A stretch of 64,000 nucleotides of DNA from positions 5,146,001 to 5,210,000 of the forward strand of contig CM120645.1 in NCBI GenBank assembly GCA_051362555.1, read 5' to 3'. Position numbers and translations under genes: made by a program. The DNA comes from Lingula anatina. Taxonomy: Eukaryota > Animalia > Brachiopoda. Below the pieces are notes generated by a model. The model made no database searches, had not been told where the DNA came from, and worked only from the letters and a program-made list of their open reading frames with translations. Shown one piece after another: positions 50,179 through 63,379 of this stretch (its first letter is position 1; every line of letters starts with the position of its first letter).

Positions 50179-51717
50179 ATTTCCCTTTCCCAATTTATAA
50201 TCTGGATCACAGTTTTGATGAGGGTAGCTGCCTAGTCAGTGAGATAAATGCACAGCTGACGGCGCGTGGTGCATGCTAATGCTGCATGTGTCAAAATGCT
50301 GCTTCGAAACGACAGGGGAGCAATCAAATGTGGAACACACTGGATAAAATCGATATCCGGATCCACTCGTTCAGATAATCAATATAATGATATCATGTCA
50401 ACAATATCACTCCGTGAGAGCGAGAGAGAGAAAAAAAGGCAAGAATCAACTTGGTTGTTAGGCTATGGAGCACACCGCCTTTCTCTCATGGCCTTGAAAT
50501 TATGATCAGCTATGCAATGGTATTGGCACTTCGGTCGACTTAAACTGATCAATGAGTTAAATAAATAGTACAGAAACTAGACAGTGAACACCAATGATCA
50601 GCTATTACTGAATCAAATCATTACTACAGCGTATGTCTTTGAATTGGCGGCAATCGACCTGTTGACAGTTTGACGCACATGTCACCAAAACACCTTCCTG
50701 AGCAGTCCTAGAAAAATGTGAAATTGTTATTGCTACTATTGTTTTTAATGTGTATTTTTTCCATAAAGGCCTTTAATACGATCGGTTAAATCTAAAACCC
50801 ACCAAGCCGGGGTCCTACATGTAGTTTAGGTTTAAGCTTTTTGTGTATGCAGATTATGCTGTGGACAATTTTGTGACAAAAATTGAAATTTAAGTTTATC
50901 GATATGCAACCTGTATCTATTGATGTACTATGAGAATATAATGAAACAATTGTCTCAGTAAGAGTCAGGATGGTAGGGTCAACAACTTATAATACCCTCT
51001 CGCCCTCCTCTCTCTCTCTCACTCTCTCTCTCTCTCTCTCTCTGGCTCTTTTAACTCCAGGTTATATATTCAACGGATACATTCTGTGCCGGTGTGACAG
51101 GAATGGTATTCCTGCGAATGGCAATACATACCCGGGATCGAAATATATTCTTTAACAATAAACATTTTACAATTGATCACATCTGTGAATTTTGTAAGAC
51201 AAATGAAAGCTAAACCAATGTTTTTAATAAATGCTTGTTGTTCTTTTACTCTACACCGTGTAAGCTGACGAAAAATGGATAATGGATAGTGACAAACTTA
51301 ATGAAGATCGATATATTGTAATCCCGATATCATTTGTTCATATAGGGTACATGTATCACCATTCCGCACAGCAATGATGACCACTATCCAAGTAAGTGAT
51401 CGTAGGACAGGTTTATTGATGGTATACAAATGTTGGCCGGTTTAACATGTCACATATCAAACAAATTTGTCCCCTGGGAATGTATGGTCACGGATCTATT
51501 GCCCAAAGGCATAACTATATTTTCCGAAGGTTTCTGTCTGTTCCAATTGTCGAATCACACTCAGGAGATTCTGTTCAAAATATAATAATATTATTTGAGT
51601 TACCAAGCAACAGAAACTATCCCTCTGACAATGAAAGTTTTTCCATTACGGTAAGACCCTTGGAAGTGTTTCTGAGCATTTTTATTCGGAGTAATTTATA
51701 GCTGTTTTGACGCAGCA

Positions 51718-54700
51718 ATGTCGAGAAGTACGCGAAGAAGAGGTTTAATTTGCTTTGCCATTTGCTTTACGGCTGTCTGTAGGTCTCACACAGGGGCGAA
51801 ATATGGTGCAACAAAAACCGACATGTTCCATATGATCCCAGGGAAATATCTACCCAATGCTGTGTTGGAAACCAGAGAACAACCGGGTGGAATAAGCAGG
51901 ATAGAATGCGCAGCGGAATGCCAGTCAAACCCAAAGTGCAAGTCGTTTAACGTAAGAAGTGGCAACACTGTGTGTGAATTGAATTCCGCCGTGGATTTCA
52001 CACCCACCAAGGTGGCCCTCGTTGACGACACTGCTAGTCGGCATTATACAAAGGTGGGTAACGTAGTCTTCTATTATTGTACCCACTCTCAGTGTCCATG
52101 TACATGTATGTTCTATTTAGTATCATACTGTATAGATATAGAGACGAATGTACATATATATATATATATATATGACAGGATTTAATACCGCGGATCATTC
52201 ACCAGGTAGTAAGCATGAAATAATTCAAAAGCGCCAAAATTTTCAGACATTTGCGCAAAGATTTTTCACTTAAAATAGGGGAAAGCCCCCCCCCCCCAAA
52301 AAAAAAAAAAAAAAAAAAAAAGACGTAGAGAAAATCCAATTAACAGTAATTCAATAAAAGCTTCCTGGAAATTCACCCTCCGCCGTGAAATGTTTTCTTC
52401 TGCAGAAACTTCCTATAAAATCTACTGAACATTTTAGATGGATTTAAGACTATTATTAATAATAATAATAATTATTATTATTATTATTGTACCTGTGCAA
52501 TATTAATTTCATTTCAATTTCAATTTTGAAAGGCAAAAAGAAGAAAAAAACAAAGCAAACCAGTGACTGAATCTTGACTGCCGTTATTTCGTTACTTAAG
52601 TTACTGTGGTTCATTTAATTGTTGCAATGCTCCATAGCTGATGCATATGTGGCGCGGAGCTGGAGGACTACATTATGGCAAAGGCGTTACTTCGTGTACG
52701 CAGGTTTTGGCTACCAGTCAGGCATCGTGCCATAAGCCAAAACATGAAAACATTCAGACAGCTGATGAGCTGATACCTTGTTTTATCATTTTGTTTTAGG
52801 TCCCTCACGACTGTGCTGATTATAGTAAGTGTTCGCATTTAATACATATATTTTTGTCTGGGATTGATAAAATATATTCTGAGTGTCAGTGCACAGTAAA
52901 AGCTAGCTTGTTAAAAATCTTATGATGGGATCGCTTTTACTAATTTCCTATTGCTGATATGGGTTATATATGAAATCAAGATCGAGCTGGCAATACGGAA
53001 ATCTAGAACCTAGGGTAATAAAATACTATAACGTCTAAAAATATCCAAAACTAATGTACCTACACACACTGGACAAAAGAAGTGTCACCCCTACTGAGCC
53101 AATACTATGGGGGAGATAAATGAATGTGGAAAAATATGCTCCTGGTATCATTTTATTAACATCAAATTTCACAAAAAATCACAAAATGAGAACAAAATAT
53201 ACATTCTACCAAAATATGCAGTTTCATGTCCAAAATTAGTACTTAGTGGCATAGCCACGTGACCTAATAATAGGTGCCAGTCTACGAAGCAAGGTTTCAT
53301 ATAATTGTCTGATGCGTTCAGGGCTTATGCTGGCCCAAGCATGAAACACTGAATATAACAGAGTTTCTCTGCTGGTTAGACGGGCATTTGTAAAAAGTTT
53401 TGACATATCATTCCACACATTTTCTATTATGTTTGCATCCAGACTCTGGGCAGGCCACATCACCCTGCGAATGCCCTGTTGGTCAAACCAATCATCAACT
53501 GCTCTGGGCCTGTGACAAGAAGCATTGTCATCCTGGTGAACAAATGGATAATTCCTGTCACCAAACATGTTAGTAATAGATGGTAGCAAGCCTGACTCCA
53601 AAACATCGATATATTTCTAGTGATTCATGTTTCCATTAACCACTATCAATTCGCCCACGCCATGGATGCTGATGCAGCCCCTCACCATGATGAATATGCT
53701 GCCCCGGGTTCGAAAATTCAGTGCATGTGGTTCAAATGCTTTACCACCAGTTTGCCAGCATAGTACTCATCTGTCATCAGAGGTCAGACCAAAGCGACAC
53801 TCATCAGAAAAAATATATATAGGACCAATTGTCATGAACTGTCCAGTTCCAGATCCTGTTGACCCTAGTTAACTCTACGTTGCCTGTTTTGTAACGATAT
53901 AAGAGGTTTCAGTCTTGCTACCCTGCTGTACACTCTCTGAGCATGTAACCGACGCCTAGCAATTTTTACAGACATTCTTTTGTGTGAAATTGTTCCACTG
54001 TGTTGTCAACTGACAAGCAGTGTCGAACTTTGACAACCTGGACATCAAAATCAGTCGTCGGTCTTCACGGCCATTATTTTTTTCTTGGACGACCCATTAG
54101 AGGCAATTTGCCTCTTGATCCAGTGTTTCTATACCGAGACCAGACCCTCTGCACGGTTCTGACTGAACAATTCAATTGTATCGATATTCTGACATTGCTT
54201 ATATTCCGCCTCTTCAGGTTAATAACTGGACGTCTATAACCGTTAGATAATTGCCTGTATCTTGCCATATTGGAGGAAGACAGGAATAACATTTGCTGTA
54301 CATGTACAAGACCAACAATACAATTCCATGGTGTAGCGGTTTTATACTCATTAGTCACATTATAAGTAGACCAGGCATTATAAGTACCCAAGATCTGCCT
54401 ACTTTTATTAATCTGAGTTAGGGGGTGACACTTCTTTTGTCCAGTGTGTGTACATGGTACCGATGGCACATTCTTTTCATTGATGCTTTTGTAAAGGTTA
54501 CGTGTGAAATCTTTTTATCTTCACGTATATCTGCCTGTTTGTGCTTATGTGCATCCTTCTGTTTGTACATGTACATGAAGGCCTGTGAATATGCAAAATA
54601 AGTAAACGAAAACTGGCCGTTTCAGATGGGGTAGATGGCGTTCACTGTATTAACGTCAACTCCATGAAAAGACAACTCCGCGTATCATGTGAGGAAGGGT

Positions 54701-55584
54701 GGACGGTTCTAATGCGTAGAACAGGACCCGAGTTAAGCTTTGACAGGTATGCAGCGGATTCCAGAAGGGTTTGGTCTAGTTGAAAATCTTAAATTTTCTC
54801 ATTAGGTGATTTGAGGAGGGAGGGGGGATCATTTATGTAGTTCATTAATGGCTCGCCAGGAACAGTTCAGATGAGACATTATGGCAAGTCTAAACGATGT
54901 TGCTCCTCAAGCTCTCCAATTAATTTTTTTTAAATGTCGACAATAAAGCAGGGTTGCGGGCAGAACAGAGTAATTATAATATATACAATGCTACGGTGTT
55001 GTTCACTTCACTTGGGTGATTGCAGTCTAATACAAGTACATGTAGGTTTCATTTGACTTTTTCTTTACATTTTTAGGTCTTGGCTTGAATATCGTGACGG
55101 ATTCGGTGACGTCACTGGTGACCACTGGCTGGGACTGGAAGCGTTTCATCATCTCACCTACCAGGGAAACTACTCTTTAATGGTCGAAGTGAGGAGCATG
55201 ATCACTGGCAATTACTACTGGGAAATCCACCACGGTTTTCGCATAGGCCCGGAATCAGAAAAATACGTTTTTAACGAGTTTCCGCAAGGTGTTGGAAACC
55301 TGAGTCAAAATGCCGTTTATTGGTCTTTTATGTTTGGCATGCCGTTTTCCACCTTTGATGCTGAAAATGATTACGACGACAACAGAAATTGCGCCGAGGC
55401 ATTCCAAGGCGGTTGGTGGTACAGAAATTGTACTCATATCTCCCTCACTGGAAAATGGGCGACGCTGGACTGTACTTCGAAATGCCATGTGAGCTTTAAG
55501 CATATGGGCATACCTAACAGCAGTTTTGTTAACAAGGAGCATTGGCTTAGTTGGGCCGTAATGAAAATAAAGAAAATCGACTAA
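51718..55584 (+). CDS. Secreted PAN/apple + fibrinogen-related domain (FReD) protein, copy A, ~329 aa
   Basis: Exons 51718-52053 (signal + PAN: ECAAECQSNPKCKSFN...CELNS), 52800-52824 (25 nt, PHDCADY), 54626-54746 (GWTVLMRR), 55077-55584 (GFGD...HWLGLE, FSTFDAEND, NCA...GGWWYRNC, MKIK); 990 nt in frame. Confidence 0.9.
53063..54450 (-). mobile_element. Full-length but defective Tc1 (DD34E) transposon in intron 2 of PAN-FReD copy A
   Basis: TA TSD (53061-62, 54451-52); ~29-bp TIR CACACACTGGACAAAAGAAGTGTCACCCC. Transposase 54268-53236 with HTH, GRPR, FSDE, and D-x34-E (DNASCH...IIE), broken by stops and frameshifts. Confidence 0.95.
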
Positions 55585-55631
55585 ATACAAACCATTTACA
55601 AGAAGGGAAGAACGCGAGTGACCAGATCCAC

Positions 55632-55672
<41 letters not shown>

Positions 55673-56638
55673 AAACGATGGCAGACAGACCAAAAACCAA
55701 CAGTGTTTTTCTTACATTACAATCTGTCATTGTTCATTCTACTCTCTGTCATCTAAACAATAAAAAATTCAAAGCAGACCAGTAGAAATTTTCATGTTGT
55801 TTGGTTGTACATGTCACATTTTCCAAGCCAAGCTGTATGTCATTCGTGTGGTCATGTCCAAAACGAGCGCAGAATGTTTGATTTTTCCTATTAGCAATTA
55901 AAATAATTGCAAAGACAGCAGCAATTATATTATGACTGCTGTATTAATGTACTAAATTGACATGTAAAGTGAATGCGTATGCTGGAGTTCTAAATGTGGT
56001 TGTGGAGATGATTAACCTATTGTCATAATGTAACAATGGAATGCTCTAGCAGCAGTAAGCTATACCTGTATATGTGTCAATTAATGTCTGTATAAACTTG
56101 CATCGCTGAAACTGAAGTTTTATTTCTATATTTCATCCTACTTTGACCGTTTTGAAATAAGGAAAGAAATATGAACTTATTCGTAAAATAAGGATATGTA
56201 TATTACATAATTTTTGTGTAAGACATCATGTGCTATTGTATATATATATATATATATTGTACATTTGTGGCCTAAAATTCCGGAATAAATACCTCTTTCC
56301 ATGCAATCCCCGATAACTTGATATGTATGCGTATTTTTGATTATTAACTCAAGTACCACAAAAAAAAGGACAAACTTTATGAATATACAACATACTTTTT
56401 TCCACGCCAACATCCCGCAGACCAATGCTCGCTTCTCTCTGTCGCCTACAAGACGGGTATTTTGTCACACATGTATCATTAAAGATAGGTAACAACAAAA
56501 AAAAAACAACAACAATTGTATTCACACGTCACAATCAATCATTGTTGACAAGAAACTTCACTTTACTAATATACTGAGACTATAGTAGACTTGTGAGCGT
56601 ATTTCAGTGTTTTCCAGTTTAGCCGTTTGGGTGTAAGC

Positions 56639-58830
56639 ATGTCGGGCAGGCCAACAAAATGGGTGCTTTGCTTCGTCATTTGTACAACGTTACTTTGTCG
56701 GTCTTACACAGAAGGGAAAAACCAATCTAGTGTAGCAAAAGGCGCTCTTTTCCTTATTGAACCAGGGAAATACTTGCCTGACTCTGTTTTGGAAACAGAA
56801 GAGCGGCAAAATGGGATAACTGCAATTGAATGTGGAGCAAAATGCCAGAGCAACCTTCAATGTATGTCTTTTAACTTGAGAGCACGCAGCTCGGTGTGTG
56901 AGCTGAGTTCCACCGTTGATTTCTCCCCCAACAAGTCGTCCCTCATAGACGATGCTGCCAGTCAACACTATACCAAGGTTTGTATGGTGGTCTGATATGA
57001 TATTCTGGAATGAAATCTAATTAGAAAAAAACATGTTGGGTAAACATTTTCTTTGAAAGACACGTTTTATAGCATTTGGATCATGTAGAGGACGGGGAAT
57101 TTATGTAGAATTGAAGGAGGTTAGGTTTTTAAGTCAAACACACAGTCCACAAAATAGTTGAATATTTTTCAGTTCAGTTATCCCTAATAAATCATCTCAA
57201 TTTTTCTGATAAGAAAAATATTGATGCGATGCTTGTCTCATTTGGTCTTCATCTAGGTGCAGAATGGTGTTACTTCAATACATTTTTTTTTCATTTTCAT
57301 ATTACATAACTCATAATGCATCAGATACGTTATCAAAGGCGATACTCAGTTCCATTTTCCATTTTAGGTGCCACGCGACTGCGCTGATTATAGTAAGTCT
57401 TTAATATTAATACATATTTTTGTCAAGAATTCGTTTAATACTAAGACCTTTCAGAAAACCGTCAACATATCATATAAGTAAACATTAAAAAATGTTTTTT
57501 CTGCATTTTAGCCCATTCCCTACATGTCGATTTCTGTGTGAACAGTCTGATGAATTACAATTAAAATGTAGCCATTATAAATTTGTCCGGTTGAAAATAT
57601 GACATATTAGAGTATGTCTGACCAAAGAGCGTCGATGAAAGCATTGCATATTGTAGTGCCGGTCTCTTATATGTTTTCCCATTCAGGGCGTTGCTTTTTT
57701 ATCCCGTTAATCTGTTTCCGTTCATGTGCTAGTCTCTCTGCATATTTCCTTCGTCTTTTATTGTTTGAAATTTAGTCTCCCTGTATAAATTAGTTTCTTT
57801 AATTTCTTCTTTTATTTCTTAAAATTTATTCGATCATTTTTTTTTTTTTTTTTTTTTTTTTTTTGAGATGGCGTGAATGGCGTCCATAATATTTACGTCA
57901 AGTCCATGGGAAAACAGCTCCGCGTGTCCTGTGAGGCCGGGTGGACGGTACTGATGCGTAGAACAGGGCCAGATCTCAATTTCAACAGGTATGCTTTGAT
58001 CTTCACCGCCCCTTTCTCTGTGTGCGTGTTGTCATTAAATTACAAATTTATGTTTTTTTTATTATTATTTAATGTGTGATATTATTGTTGTTACATGTAA
58101 GTGCGGCATTTTTCATCATTTTGAACTTTGATTTCTAAAATCAATCTTGACCAGGCTGTTCGCCCATGTCGTTTCTTCGACTCCGACGATGAAGAAGAAT
58201 ATAACTGATAGAATATAGTAATTTAATCTGAAAAATAGAGGTATCCTGCACTGGTAGGAATGGAAGGTAGGATATATAATCACTGTGAAATTATTTTAAT
58301 TTTTACTTTATTCGCGAAGGTCCTGGACGGATTACCGTATCGGATTCGGTGACGTCACTGGTGACTACTGGCTGGGACTGGAAGCGTTTCATCATCTCAC
58401 CTACCAGGGAAACTACTCCTTAATGGTCGAAGTAAGGAGTTTGCCAACTGACAATTACTACTGGGAAATCCACCACGGTTTTCGCATAGGCCCGGAATCA
58501 GAAAAATACGTTTTCAGCGAATTTTCGCAAGGGGACGGAACTCTGATTCAGGATCCGGAATATTGGCCTTCACATTTTGGCATGCCATTTACCACCTTTG
58601 ACAATGACAATGATGACGAAAACGACAGAGATTGTGCTGAACTGTTCCAGGGAGGATGGTGGTACAGAGAATGTACACTTATCGCACTCACAGCAAGAAT
58701 GGCGACCACGGGCAACTGCACGCAGTTTTGTTTTGCGCACTTCAAGCATTTTGGCGTACCTAAAGGAGAGAGAGGTGTCAAGACCCATCTTCTTAACTGG
58801 GCTGTCATGAAGATAAAGAAAATTGAGTAA
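56639..58830 (+). CDS. Secreted PAN/apple + FReD protein, copy B, ~331 aa
   Basis: Exons 56639-56977, 57368-57392 (25 nt), 57868-57988, 58320-58830; same exon phases as copy A; 996 nt in frame. Confidence 0.88.
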
Positions 58831-59573
58831 ACTGAACTAGAGCCATGTTAATTTAGAGATTGTACAAATTTCAATATAACTCCTATCTCTACTCTATTGG
58901 CTTTCTTTTATATCCAATGTCGTACATGTAGACGTATGAAGTGGTCGTCGCAATTCGGGTATCTACCTCGCAGCTATGTCATATGAAAAATCGATGCTTG
59001 AAATACTTTTGCACTTCTTGTGTAAATTATGGCAGTTTGATCAGTGTTTGTTGTTGTGTCTGTTTAAGCCTGGATATGGCTTGGTATACATGTTCACGTA
59101 GAAGAAAGATTACTACATAATGTGAAAAGTAACCGACAACATGAAATCAATGATATTCAGGCCATGTTAATGATATAATTGGAATTTATAAAATAATAAT
59201 ATTATTATTATTATTATTTCTATTATTAATGTTTAAATTCGGAAAAAATCAACTGCATTAATGACCTTTGCCAAAGGCAAAACGCATTCGATAAGAGTAC
59301 TATTTCTACCGACTAAATTGTGGTTAGCAGTATTGTCTACCAAGATCAGTAATGGATACGCACGTTGTTTTCTGTACGCAAGCCTACCCTTTGCTCACGT
59401 ACTATGGAAAAGAATTTCAGCGCAACCTGCATTTTTGCGTACAAAAACGCAACCTGCATTTTTACATTACATCTTTCTAAATAAGTTGAACACTGAACGT
59501 AAAGTCTAACTACTGGGAACAATTGACCTCCTTTATATCTGGGACACAACCACATACTTAATGATTAACAATA

Positions 59574-59604
<31 letters not shown>

Positions 59605-59943
59605 GCGAAAACATGGACTTTACTAGCATTCTGAGTACAATTATGTTATCCATTTGAAAATTGCAATGGAAGGAGTTTGCCAATTTGTCATCATGCACGA
59701 AATAATATCAAAATAAAATTGCGATATTCATGGATATTCGCAAATTTAATCCCCAACGTCATCAGTACATGGCACCAGCCGAGAGACAGCGCGTGTTAAT
59801 TATATCATCAATTTCATTTACTTAGCAACAAAAAACAAAATACAGCAACCCGCATGTAGCTATCAACCACATGTTTAACGACACTGGCTTTCAGCTGTTA
59901 ATCTGTTAATGGCTGTAATCCGTTATGAAGTGGCATACAGATG

Positions 59944-59988
<45 letters not shown>

Positions 59989-59992
<4 letters not shown>

Positions 59993-60245
59993 CAAGGATA
60001 CGAATAAATTAGACTTTTCTCTCCATTTTATTAAAAAATGCCCTACGGCCGTTTCGGCCCTGAGGCCTGGTTTTGTTTTGTTTTCGCCCCTGACGAGGCC
60101 TCTGGGCCGAAACGGCCGTAGGGCATTTTTTAATAAAATGGAGAGAAAAGTCTAATTTATTCGTATCCTTGATTTTCTATACCAGCTCCCCACGGTCCGC
60201 CACCATGGGTGGAGCACTTTTTCATGGTGTATTGACTTTATTCTC

Positions 60246-60248
<3 letters not shown>
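59989..60248 (+). mobile_element. Penelope-like retroelement terminal fragment (pseudo-LTR with inverted partial copy) inside a (TA)n microsatellite
   Basis: 80-bp near-perfect inverted repeat (59989-60068 / 60096-60175), embedded hammerhead motif, long (TA)n on both sides. The Penelope call rests on the known link between minimal hammerheads, inverted pLTRs and these elements. Confidence 0.65.
60086..60124 (+). ncRNA. Minimal type I hammerhead ribozyme
   Basis: GCCC-CUGACGA-GGCC(UCUG)GGCC-GAAA-CGGCCG-UA-GGGC: full conserved core, stem I GCCC/GGGC, stem II GGCC/GGCC, palindromic stem III, GUA cleavage triplet (cut after 60120). Confidence 0.8.
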
Positions 60249-60297
<49 letters not shown>

Positions 60298-60754
60298 CAA
60301 TGACCATGGGACATGACCAGTTTTTCAACGACGATTATTACTTGGGAATACGGCCCTCCCCACTTCCCCATAGCCTTTAGATTAAAAAAAAAAAAACAAA
60401 CTGGTTATCAATTTGCACTGTGTTCTTTTGATATGTCCCAGGGGAGATACCGTTAATAGCTGAACAATGTTCAAACGATTAGCACCAGGATATGTTCTTT
60501 AAAAGTCACGTGTATAAGTGTTCTCATTACTATATGGCTATGCTTTATTGACATTATCATGCTCATTGTTAAACCACATTTGATTCTGAATTATTATATA
60601 ACTGCAAATTGGTGAAGCAACAGATAACAGGGTCAGAGTATGGTATTGGGACCGGAAAATTAAAGCAAATTGTCCAGAAACCCTGAATACGAGCGTGCTT
60701 GAAAGGTGCCACTTGCATGATCATAATCAAAACACAATGGCCCAGGTGCTTAGT

Positions 60755-62183
60755 TTACAGAAAACAAATGGCAGGGCTCAGTATTGCCAAGACATTGTTC
60801 ATTTTTGGTATATCGGGAGTGTCTTTGCTGCTCATATTGACTCCCTCCCATAAAACCCTAACGTCATTTTTGTTAGCGTCCAAAAGAATCTTACCGGCCT
60901 GACTGACATTCGGGATCACCAGAACAACGGGTGAATTAGATGGGGCGACACCAACAAGGCTTCTTAGGAGCTCCATGCAGGCCTCTGTATTATCTGCATA
61001 GAGGGGAGCTATAAGATATCCTGCTAGAACTGGTCGGATTGTCCCATAGCCTACAATTTTGCCCCTCTCTAGTATGACCTTTGTGGTTGAACCCTTTATA
61101 CTGCAGAAAGTCTTTAATACATGTTCCCTTGACAAAACATGGTAAGAAGTATCGTAGTTCACCAGCTGATTCCAGTCAACATCACGGCTAGCTTTTATTT
61201 CGTACTTTGACCCAGCGCCTGGAGAGACTGGGATATGTTTCATAATCATACTGTAAGATGCAAAACCGAACTTCCCTTTTACGTACCCATGTCTTTCGTA
61301 CAGTGGCACTGCTGGAAGAGTGGCAATGAAACTTATTGTTCTGGCCTCTGCTAATTGGTGTGCCTTCCTTAACATTGCGCTCCCTGAGGAAAACAAACAA
61401 ACAAACAAATCACGAAGGGTAAATCATTTCAAAACACATTGCTCATTTTTATGAAACTTTAATCTCAACTATAAAGAAAGATTTCTAATCATTATTATTA
61501 CAAACTGCAACTAAAAGTTATGTCAGTAAAGTGAGTGAAACAATATTTGGAGACTGTATCTCTTAGTCTGTATCTACTCACCAAAGCCTTTATGTCTATG
61601 CTCCGGTTTAACGATCAGGTAGTTTAGAAAGCTGTTTGTTTCGCTAAAATTGTAAAGCGTAACGAAGCCTGGAATGTGAAAACAAAATTAAAATTTAGTT
61701 AGAAGATATACAGATCCCTTCTACTATACCGTGTGTGTGTGTGTGTGTGTGTGTGTGTTAAATATGCTTTAACAGTTTCAATTTTAGGGAGAATCAAACT
61801 GGGATTTTGCTTAGCCAAGATTCATACACAAGGAATTTAGACATTGTTGGGGCTTTTTAACATTGCTACAAATCCGATGCATTTCAGTGAATTAAAGAAA
61901 GAACAAATGAAATGAAAAAGAGTTAAATATATTGTGACCTGCGATTTTGTGTTTCAATGTTTTAAAATTAGTTTTAAACCTTACTGCGACTCATTTTACC
62001 TACGACGACACCATCGTATTTCGCCACCAACTGCCCTTTTCCAGCCAGACGAAACGTTGCCTGTAATATATCTCGACTTTGGTCCTTCCAGCCTTCCTTT
62101 ACAAACATTTTCAACATGTCGTCTGCCTCAACAAATGTTCTTTTATCAAGGACTAACGGGGTTTTCGATGTGCTGCACATCAT
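60755..62183 (-). CDS. GNAT-family N-acetyltransferase with a second GNAT-like C-terminal domain (YitH/holothin acyltransferase-like), ~299 aa
   Basis: Exons 62183-62000, 61668-61582, 61383-60755 (900 nt in frame). Acetyl-CoA motif VKPEHRHKGFG, LYERHGY, and IVGYGTIRP...IAPLYADN typical of the YitH-like C domain. Confidence 0.85.
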
Positions 62184-62283
62184 GCTGCCTTACTTAATGT
62201 GAATTTTGGTTCAATTGGCCCTTATATAGACTACACCAAACGTGTGGGTTTTTCCGTGTTTTGACGCAAGCAATTTCTACACA

Positions 62284-62833
62284 TAACGTGTGGGACTTGA
62301 CCTGTGACATCTGTATTTCCCACGCATAGGATTTCGTAAAGCGGGTTGGTCTCATTTACATCATTAGAACTTATATTTTTACTGTATAGTCAAATGTTCA
62401 CAAGCTCAACGAAGCTCTGTTCTCGCTCAAAAGTTAAATAGGTCAGGTCCATATAGCTGAAAATTATCATTTATTAAATTGACGAAAAAATAATATGTTA
62501 CAAAGCTACAAAAATGGAGGGGGATGATCAAAACAATATCAAATTTAACTAGGACCCATACATCCCCCCACACAATGGGGCAAAAAGATATGATACAAAG
62601 TTATCAAAATGGGGAAATAAATAAATGTCCATGGCAACTGAACAGTATGAGGAAAAAACTAGATAACGCGTCTGGATAACTAGATAACGTGACTAGATGA
62701 ACACGTCATATTATATTGTGAACATTTGACTATACAGTAAAGATATGAATTCTATTGATGTAAATGAGACCAACCCGCTTTGTGAAATCCTGTGTGTGAA
62801 ACACAGATGTGACAGGTCAAGTCCCACATGTTA
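62284..62833. repeat. Inverted repeat (~120-bp arms, 62284-62403 / 62716-62833) between the divergent GNAT genes; possible foldback element
   Basis: GGGACTTGACCTGTGACATCTG...TACTGTATAGTCAAATGTTCACAA is mirrored on the other arm. Confidence 0.75.
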
Positions 62834-62877
62834 GGTTATGTTGCGTAATGCAATACCAGTATATATATATATATAGG

Positions 62878-62947
<70 letters not shown>

Positions 62948-63078
62948 CAATGGTGTCATATAATCCTGTTTAAGTTATATCTGTTCGAGTTAAAATAGGG
63001 CTTTGGTTGGTGAGCTTTTAGGTTCTAAGACACATAAAATACATTAAAGCCGGTTGAAAAGGTTTTCTTGTACATGGG

Positions 63079-63178
63079 TTATATCCCCACTTTGGTCTTT
63101 CCAACCCTTTTTTCCAGACATGTTCCAAATATAGTCTGCATCACCAGTTGTTTCTTTATCAAGGACTAGACATTTCAT
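63079..63178 (-). pseudogene. Degenerate extra copy of GNAT exon 1
   Basis: Translates MKCLVLDKETTGDADYIWNMSGKKGWKDQSGDI vs PLVLDKRTFVEADDMLKMFVKEGWKDQSRDI; no downstream splice donor, runs to a stop. Confidence 0.7.
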
Positions 63179-63379
63179 GTATGGTGAAAAAGTAAACTTT
63201 GTTGTGATATATCCTGTTTTTTTTTTTTTTTTTTTTTTTAATTAATGTGCAAGTTTCCACCTACCACAAGCTGTCTATGGACATTATTGCGATAGCGGAG
63301 TTATCTGCCAGCTTTGATAAATGTTTACTATCGCATTAGCCACACCTACGTCATAGAATGTAATGGCCAAAAGAAAAGA

